Assembly (NCBI GenBank): GCA_028023455.1
Contig: JAQFVV010000005.1
Coordinates: 20,708,001-20,772,000, forward strand
Length of the DNA: 64,000 nt
Reading direction: 5' to 3'
Source: Epiperipatus broadwayi
Lineage: Eukaryota > Animalia > Onychophora
Numbering within the stretch: the stretch's first letter is position 1; each line of letters opens with the position of its first letter. Made by a program: the position numbers and the translations under genes. This document shows, piece by piece, positions 55,867 through 64,000 of this stretch. Below the pieces are notes generated by a model. The model saw only the letters and a list, made by a program, of their open reading frames with translations. It was not told the origin of the DNA and made no database searches.

Positions 55867-56032
55867 CCATCCATGTTCGTATACTATATGAATAATCACA
55901 TAGTAATAACAGCTGCAACGACAAGAACGTATGGAGTGGACATTAGGAATTTGCCCTGCTCAGTTCCTTTAAGGCCTCCAAGAGGAATCAAAGGGTCTCC
56001 TTTCAGTTAATAGCAAACTCCTTTCTGCAGCC
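55867..56032 (-). ncRNA. HDV-like (CPEB3-type) self-cleaving ribozyme at the RTE 5' end
   Basis: Minus strand: P1 GGCUGCA (56032-56026) pairs with UGCAGCU (55917-55911), with G1-U wobble. P2 CCA(C)UCCAU/AUGGAUGG; P3 ACG/CGU; L3 UUCUUGU; GU after P1'; P4 UACUAUGUGA-UUAU-UCAUAUAGUA; J4/2 CGAA(C) with catalytic C at 55879. The long J1/2 contains the stem GGAGUUUGC/GCAAAUUCC. Confidence 0.85.
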
Positions 56033-56883
56033 CTCAAGCAGTATTATACTTAAAATTACAAGGACATTTTTAGAATTAAAAAACAACATTTCAATATCCA
56101 GAAATGGTGATTTAGTTTAGCAATAAATTTTATTGAATTTTTATTAAAACATGAATATTGATCGAGGAAGAATTTGTTTAAAGATTTAAATGGAAAGAGG
56201 GATTTAATATGTTAGATAGCCTAATCAATATCGTTTGAATCTGTCTGGAAATTATCCAAATTATGAGGCTGAAATTTTCAAAATATTCAAATTTAATTAG
56301 CCAAATTCCACTCTTATACTATATATAAAAAAAATTTTTTGAATCTACAAAGATAATAGATGAGAATGAATGAAATAGACAAAAATTTTCGTATGGATGA
56401 TAAAGGATGGTGTACTCTATTAAATCATTCTGTGAAATAAAATAAAGTCAAGTTGATACATAATTTTAATTTTTCTGCAACATAGTTGTATGAAGTTTTA
56501 TTTTCAATTATGAATAATTAAATTTAGTTGAAATAGATTAAGTATTATAAATTTGACAACTTGTTTCACTTAAAGATATCAATAAATTAGTTATAGAAAT
56601 ATGTTAACGGGAATTAAACATAAGGACTTGTGTGTTTTGTGAATACTGTACTTTTTTTTTTTTAAGTTTAACATTAATTTATAAATTTTACTTTCATAAT
56701 CATTAAAACAATGTGTCTTTTTTGAGAAAAATAGCATCATTATAATGGTCCTCATAATACTTGTATTTCCTGATTCTTTTAATTTTGATAAGTGAAAGTT
56801 TTGAGTTTCCTTGACAAGTTTACACTAGAAAAGGCTAAATGTGGAAATGTGTTGACAAAAGATCCGTTTATTTATCTGGAACT

Positions 56884-57150
56884 ATGCATGATATCAGTTT
56901 GTTTTTTCTATTCTAACATGTGGAATATCAAAGGATATTATTTGATTACTGAATAATGCATAATATCAGCTGGTTTCTTCTATTTCAACATGTGGAATTC
57001 CAGAGAATATTATTTTGTCACCTGAATAATTCATATCAGTTTTCACTCTGTTCTACCTCAATCTTTAAAACTCTGGTGAATATTATTTCATCACCTGAAT
57101 GATGCATGATATCTGTTCACTTTCCTGTTTTTTCAATCTGTAGAACTCCA
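56884..57150 (+). repeat. Degenerate ~70-bp tandem repeat, ~4 units
   Basis: Recurring TGCATGATATCAG...TGTGGAA...GAATATTATTT..TCACCTGAAT. Confidence 0.75.
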
Positions 57151-57481
57151 CAGAATTTAACATATAAGACATCACATGATCACTATCTCATACTAACACA
57201 TAATTGTTATTAAACAATTCAAAACAAAGCAAAACTCTCCATACAGTAGTGCCATCTTGTGACAACAAGAGAAATCAATGGATGCCAGGAGAGTTTTGCT
57301 TTGTTTTGAATATAAAAGACATTAAACCACTAAACATCACATGATCACCATCTCTATACTAGCACATAATTGTTGTAAACAAAGGCAAAACTCTCCATAC
57401 AGTAGTGCCACCCTGTGCTAAACAGAGTAATCAATGGATGCCAGAAGGCTTGTGCATAAAATCCCTATCTTGTGCCTACTC

Positions 57482-57541
57482 ATCCAATATCCCCTGACTA
57501 GTTTCTGGCTTGTGGCCATCATCAGTGAGGAGCCTTGGATC
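57482..57541 (-). ncRNA. Type I hammerhead ribozyme, family A (inverted partner copy)
   Basis: Reverse complement of the same motif (TCATCAG at 57519-57525, GACTAGTTTC). One mismatch at the first helix I pair. Confidence 0.8.
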
Positions 57542-57992
57542 TGAGAGCACTGCACCTAGATCTTAGGATCTAATACAACCCTCCAGCAGCCACCTTTTAA
57601 CTCTACTTTACTATAAAACTATAAGAATGAAATTGAAAACATTGTTAATATCTTCAATCTAAGCTCAATAGCTTATATAGTCACATGGGTCTGAACTCAA
57701 TTCAGCACCCATACATTTTGGTGTCTTTGGCTCTTAAACAACCATAGCCACCACTATCCTATTAGGCAGGATTGGTGTTAAACCACTAAACATCACATGA
57801 TCACCATCTCTATACTAGCACATAATTGTTGTAAACAAAGGCAAAATATATGACTATATAAGCTATTGAGCTTAGATTGAAGATATTAACAATGTTTTCA
57901 ATTTCATTCTCATAGTTTTGTAGTAAAGTAGAGTTAAAAGGTGGCTGCTGGAGGGTTGCATTAGATCCTAAGATCTAGGTGCAGTGCTCTCA

Positions 57993-58052
57993 GATCCAAG
58001 GCTCCTCACTGATGATGGCCACAAGCCAGAAACTAGTCTGGGGATATTGGAT
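57993..58052 (+). ncRNA. Type I hammerhead ribozyme, repeat family A (intact)
   Basis: UCCUCA-CUGAUGA(58009-15)-UGGC CACAA GCCA-GAAA-CUAG-UC^-UGGGGA. Helix III is the palindrome ACUAGU; helix I is extended by AUCCAA/UUGGAU. Confidence 0.85.
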
Positions 58053-58589
58053 GAGTAGGCACTAGATAGGGATTTTATGCACAAGCCTTCTGGCATCCAT
58101 TGATTACTCTGTTTAGCACAGGATGGCACTACTGTATGGAGAGTTTTGCCTTTGTTTATAAAAGACATATTAGACGACCTCCTTACTTCTTTTCCATAGA
58201 TGCCATTACCTCTATGCATTCTCACTATGAAATATTAAAATTTTCTATGCTCTTTAGTGCAGTGATGGAGTATCAGATTCTGGAATGTAATGTCCTTAGA
58301 TCAATTCCAGTTCTGGTATTTCTGGCAATGAAACTATTTAATCAATATCATTTTTTATAATAAGCAAAATAAAAAGAAGTTCAAAATTATAACAATATAA
58401 AAATGATTTCTATTATGAATATACATTTTTAAAAAAAATATTAATTAAGATTTCTTTCAAACTACAATTTGATAATAGGTTACACAATAAAGTACACTAC
58501 CAAATAATTTGAGTACTTAACAAAAGAGTAATACAAAATATTCAGATTACTCAATGAAGTATGAAGAAGAGATTGAAAGTTAAATATGT

Positions 58590-58878
58590 AGGTAAGAAAA
58601 CAAACAGATATCACCGACATTATTGAAACAATTAAAATATTGAAATGTAGCTGGCTGGACATATTGTTAGAAGGGATGATAGGAGATGGATAGTTGAAAT
58701 TTTTAGTGATTCTCAAGAGATTGTAAAAGATCTAGAAAGAGATCATATGTGAGATGAATTGATAAAAGAAGAAAGAATGCTAAAGGGTTGTAGAGAAAAG
58801 GCTAGGGATTAAAAAATGGAATTAAATTTGGAGAAAAGCCTTCATCCTAAAATGGATGAATGACTAAAAATGATGATG
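58590..58878 (+). mobile_element. Old RTE 3' fragment
   Basis: GCTGGACATATTGTTAGAAGG...GATTGTAAAAGATCTAGAAAGAGATCATATG...GCCTTCATCC...ATGATGATGA matches the RTE terminus. Confidence 0.75.
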
Positions 58879-59784
58879 ACTATTGACTCTAACCAGTATT
58901 CATAATTGATAACAAGATTTGGCATTCCTTGATATATCTTCTCTTAGCTCAATTTATTATTTTATTTATTCTTGACAAAAGTTCCTGAATCAGTTCTCAG
59001 TTTAATATAATAAAAAGAATGATTTGAATCAACTGAAACTGTTGTGATTAATGTTATGTGATTAATTTAATATTATAATGTCTCTTCAGCAACTAACTAT
59101 TTAATTACTTAGTTCTTTTTAAAAAAAGTATTGAAGTAAAATAATTGTAATTGATATTTTTCCATATCCATCATTGGGGCTTAAATTTAGAATAATTATT
59201 TCATAAATAATTCCAACGATTTTTTGAGGAGGTTGGTTCATATACAACTTACATGACCCTAGCATCATCATGACTCAAGCGTCATTGGTAAGTATATTGA
59301 TATCTGGCTACTCTTGACTAGAAACTCAATTCTTATGTAAATACCAATGGGTATCTGCTGACTTTCTCATAAACTACAGCGTCCATTCATTTTCTGTAGA
59401 AAGCATTGCAATTATGGATAAAACACTCTTTTTATGTATGAAGTCAGATAAGTCAAAAAGTGATGTATCTATTCTCAAATTGTCTATAAAAATATCAAAG
59501 ATCTAATGTTTAATTAATTTATAATTGTTCTACATATGGCCATTTATTACAAACTAGTACAGATGCTATATTATGCATAGATATTTGAATTATTTGTAAG
59601 GTATTAAAATGCAATTATTAATTCTTACCAACCCAAGGCACTGAAGTCTTAGTATATCTCACAAGAAACATCTTAAGCAACTATGTGAAAATATAGTCTT
59701 TCATATCAAAATTTTAAATGAATATTCTCATATACAGCAGTAGCCATTTATAAATGAGTATGACTATGCCAATTGCAAGAAAAA

Positions 59785-60560
59785 TACAATGCTGTATTGG
59801 ATGTTTAAGAGCAGTTTTTCTTTCCTATTCTACCATCACCTCTTTATAAGTTGAGAAAAAAGAACTTATCCTGTTTATAACACTAGAATAAGCTAAAAAA
59901 AGAAAATGATATTATATTTAATAGTTAACAAGACTAGATTTCCATTTCCTAGACTAGAATCTCTTGTAAATAAAGAAGAGAAAACTGCTACTAGCTATAT
60001 TAATCTAATAAAATGAAAGAATCAAGTGATGTTATTTTAGATGTTTAACAAGAACAGTGTCTCTTTTCCTTTTTCAACACCAAATATTATAAATAGAGAA
60101 AGAGAAATGGTCCTTCTTATGATAAAGTAGTAAGCTAAAAACTCAAGTAATATGTTTTAACAAGAGCAGTTTTTCTTTCTATGCTCTAGTGCCATCTGTT
60201 ATAAATAGAGGAGAACTGCTCTTGTTCATAATATGCAGAAAGCTAAAAGAATCAAGTGATATTGTACTGGATATTCAACAATTTTTCCTCTATTCTATTG
60301 TTTCCTCTTATAAGCAGAGAAAAAACTACTTCTGTTGCTAATATTATTATAAGCTAAAAAGATGAAATGATATTTTATAGGAGAATTAATAAGGGAATTT
60401 TATCAAGTGTAAGTAGAGAAAGAACTGCTTCTGTTTGTAATATTGTAATAAACTAAAAAAATCTAATAACATTATAATGGATGTTTAATAAGAAAAGTTT
60501 TCCTATATTCCCTATACTACAACCTTTTGTTAAAAAAAAGAACTGTTTCTGCTCACAATA
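59785..60560 (+). repeat. Degenerate ~110-120-bp minisatellite, ~6-7 units, with an internal inverted motif
   Basis: Recurring TTAACAAGAGCAGTTTTTC...TTATAA..AGAG..AGAACTGCT...AAGCTAAAA. Confidence 0.7.
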
Positions 60561-61819
60561 ATATAGTGATGAATAATATCAAGATTTTTACCAAAAATAG
60601 TTTTGGACATGTAAAATGAATGCATAGTGCAAGAATTGTTAAAAGAGTATTTTATAGTAAACTTAAACATGGTTTTATAAGAATTATCTCAAAGACATTG
60701 TAAAGAGTTGTAATGTTGACCGTTTTCAATGAGAAGAGATGACACATAGGAGAGTTAAAATTAGACATGGTTTTGAAGTAGTTTAGAAAGAAAATTTTGC
60801 TGCAGTAGAAGTTAAAAGACAGCACTTCAGAATATCAAATGAATAGAATAATGGTCTAGTGTGCTCTATGTATGGAAAAATTTCTGATTCAAAAAATAGT
60901 TTATATGATTAACAAAAAACATTTCTTTTGATAACTATTTAATTTGTCTTTTTACACTTTTTTTCTTGGAATGGGAATGATCATATTCATTTGGAAGGGG
61001 ATGATGGTGATAGATAAATCATCCTATTTCAACACAGTTTAAACACTAATCAAGAAAGACTAAACACGTTATTTAACTGAACCTTGATTAATAAAGTTTA
61101 CATCAAAATGTGTAATTAACAGTTATTAATTATTTATTAATAAATAAATAAGTAAAAGTTACAAAGTTTTAAATAAACTATATATAACATTAGACTTTCT
61201 ATTTCATTACTTATTTTATTTATACAAAATATTATCAACTTACATTCTTCTGCATGCATTGATAATAAAGAACTAAACAAATTCATCTTTCTTTGTTACT
61301 CTTATAATGCTTATTTTATTAAACCTCACTATCAACTTGACAGTTTGATTGACCAGCAATTTTTTTTCAGACCTTCTTAACCTTCTTATTACTCAGTTTT
61401 TTATCTGCCACAGCTTGAATTTTTGGTGTCAGTGAAAAACTGAATAATAAAAAGAAGCTCTGAAGATTCTTTGATCAATCAAAACTATCAGATTGATGAT
61501 GATTAATAAAATAAGTAATCTAAAAAAAGGTGGATTTGTTTAATTTTTATTTTTGTGAAAAAATATTTAGCCATTGTACCAGGGTGATTTTTTATTTCCT
61601 CTTTTAAATTCACACAATCGATGTTTCTTTGCCAGCAGTAAGTTTAAAGATAACATTTAAAGTTAAATTATATAAACTATTTAACTGAGTGAACACTTAA
61701 AGATAGGCATATTTAATTAAATTACATTTAGCATTCATCATTTGAGTAACGTTTTTGTCATTGCAGAGAGCTTTAAAAATTTAAATATTATTTTCCATAA
61801 GGTATTTGTATAACCGTAT

Positions 61820-62010
61820 ACTACACCACTTTCAACCTTCTTATATACTTATCAATACTAATTTTTACACCAAAACTTTACTCTTACAGTTTCGACTGTC
61901 CTGCAGTAAAAGATCTCTGATGATGACTGCAGGACAGTCAAAACTGTAAGAGTAAAGTTTTGGTGTAAAAAATAATATAGATAAATGTATAAGAAGATTG
62001 GAAATGGTAC
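61820..62010. repeat. Family D fold-back (inverted arms) containing a split hammerhead
   Basis: Arms TTTTTACACCAAAACTTTACTCTTACAGTTTCGACTGTCCTGCAGT and its reverse complement. Plus arm: CTGATGA(61917-23)-T GACTG CAGGA CAGTC-AAAACTGTA. The minus arm has GAAAC but lacks CUGAUGA. Confidence 0.75.
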
Positions 62011-62845
62011 ATGTAAATATAAAATCAATACATAAGAAAAGGAGGAAGAAAAAGAAAATTTATAATCGTATATTGTCTATAGTTATCACTATTAAAACTA
62101 AAATAAACCAAATATCAAATTTTATCAAACGTTAAAATATTTCCAAAAATATAAATCTCAATATAGTTGTCAAGAAGCAACATTTTTTCCTCTTATGAGT
62201 AAATAAATCATTTCGATAAATTCAGTGATTTTATATTCCAAAATTTCCATGAATTTATGGGAGAAAAATATTATTTTATGTATTGACTGCTGTATTGCAA
62301 TAATAAAAAAAGAAACTTTCTTAGACATAGCAAATATTTGTTTAAATCATTTGTTTTTAATTTTTTCAAAGTCATGAAACACTTTTAATTCTAAAAAAAA
62401 ATTCGCGGAACACTAAAATCAATAACATATAAATAAACCAAATCGGTTATAAAACAAACAATAAAAATATAAATGAACATATTTTATTAAATATTATAGA
62501 TTACAAAGTAATTAAAAAAGAAAACAATTTAAAAAAAAAAAACGATTATTTGTAAAAACGCTAATTGGACTAAAGCATTTGAGTCGGATGTCTTTTACTT
62601 ATTCCAATAATATCAGGTCTAAATACTCGATTCAGTATCAGGTTTCCATTTTTTGTACCGTTACGGATAATAAATAATTATTTCAAATGTAACAAATTTT
62701 AACCGATGACCAATTGAAAATAATAGTTACTAAAGTTATTTATTAACAAAGAAAAAAAAATTACTGGTTTAAGATGTAAAAGATCAGAAGTTTAAAATGT
62801 TAGAATTTAATTATAAACTAAGCCGTTATATACAAATTACAAAAA

Positions 62846-62934
62846 CCGAGGTCTGCGCAGCCGCCTTGCAAGCAAGCAGTTGGTTGCACGGGTTCGCCTC
62901 CCGGCCGATGCTATGACATATGGAAAAAAAAAAA
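62846..62934 (+). mobile_element. tRNA-derived SINE (family E, 5'-truncated)
   Basis: CCGAGGTCTGCGCAGCCGCCTTGCAAG...CGGGTTCGCCTCCCGGCCGATGCTATGACATATGG-A-tail. Confidence 0.7.
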
Positions 62935-64000
62935 CGGACTTTGATAAATGCAATGAACGACTATGACGTAAAGAAATACAGATTTAAGTAATTCAGTAAA
63001 AAACGCGAGTTGCAATTTGTCTATATTATAAATTAGTACGCAATTAGTCATTTGAATATTGCTGTCAGTGATGCATCCATTTTGTAATCTTTATAATTTT
63101 TCATGATTTGAATATCTTTATAACAAATTTATGAATAGTAACGTTCTAAGGAACATCATTTAAGAATCATTCATTATTCTAAACGAAAAAAAAAAAAAAT
63201 TTTTATTTTATTTTATAAAAATTATTTAATTTTTTAATTTTTATTATATAATATATTTTTTTAAAAAAAATTTATTTTTTATTATAAATAAAATAATTAA
63301 AAAATTATATTTTTATATTTAAAAAAAAAAAAAAAAAAAATAATTAATTTTTTTTTTTTTTTTTTTTTTTTAAAATAAATAAATTTTTTTAAAATATAAA
63401 AAAAAATAAAAAAATAAAATAAATTATATTAAAAATTTAATTTAATTATAATACAAAAACACCAAAAAAAAAATAATAATTATTTTTATATTTTCTAAAA
63501 ATAAAAAAAAAAAAAAAATTAAAATTATATAAAAAAAAAAAAAAAATATAATAAATTTATTATAAAAAAAATTTAAAAAAAAAATATAAAAAAAACACAA
63601 AAAAAAAAATTTTTTTATATTAAAAATAAAAAAAAAAAAATATTTTTATAATCAAAATAAATTTTAAATTATTTTTAAAAATAAAAATAAAAAATTAGTT
63701 TTTAATTTTATATATTTAATAAATAAAAAAAAATAAAAATAAAAAAAAAGATATAATTAATTTAAAAAATATATATTTTTCTTATATTTTAAAACCAAAA
63801 TTAAAAAAAATTTTTTTAAAAAAAAAAACAAAAAAAAATTTAAATAATTTAAATAAAAAAATTTTTTATATATAAAAAAAAATATTTTATTTTTTTTTTT
63901 TTTTTTTTATTTTTTTTTTTAAAATAATTTAATATAAAAAAAAAAACAAAAAATAAAAAAAAAATAAAGAGGGAGATAGAAAAAAAAAATAAATAAATTA

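Larger units (their letters stand above)
52732..56032 (-). mobile_element. Full-length RTE-clade non-LTR retrotransposon with TSD
   Basis: CTCAAGCAGT occurs at both 52722-52731 and 56033-56042 (TSD of 9-10 bp; the last T is ambiguous with the tail). The (TGA)n tail at 52732-52751 begins at the ORF stop codon. Single APE-RT ORF and a ~325-nt 5' UTR. Confidence 0.95.
57165..58158. repeat. Family A cluster: ~310-bp near-perfect inverted repeat (57377-57686 / 57848-58158) plus three tandem copies of the terminal segment
   Basis: The arms are reverse complements. CATCACATGATCAC..TCT..TACTA.CACATAATTGTT recurs at ~57171, ~57333 and ~57791. Confidence 0.9.

Noticed and set aside
56884-57150. Possible CRISPR-like array
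   Set aside because: Units are degenerate tandem repeats without unique spacers, the context is eukaryotic, and there are no cas genes.
63180-64000. Extreme A/T homopolymer tract at the window end
   Set aside because: Has no periodic unit and resembles degraded contig-end sequence; not telomeric.

Overview
AT-rich, CpG-depleted eukaryotic (probably invertebrate; this is inference) genomic DNA made mostly of transposon relics, with no prokaryotic features. The only intact long ORF is an apparently complete, young RTE-clade LINE on the minus strand (52732-56032). It has a 985-aa APE+RT protein, a (TGA)n tail, a ~10-bp TSD, and a foldable HDV-like self-cleaving ribozyme starting exactly at its 5' end. 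An older decayed copy (2041-5160) has lost the catalytic C of the same ribozyme. The window also holds at least four dispersed short repeat families (A-D), each with a minimal type I hammerhead ribozyme (CUGANGA...GAAA..NUH) whose helix III is a family-specific short palindrome. These repeats often occur as inverted pairs, as do the terminal repeats (pLTRs) of Penelope-like elements (PLEs), and a decayed Penelope RT/GIY-YIG element is present (48224-50030). Other content: tRNA-derived SINEs, piggyBac-, Tigger- and hairpin-type MITEs, mariner and Tx1/L1 relics, and mini/microsatellites. A few short candidate host exons could not be identified. All RNA folds were done by eye and no database searches were run.
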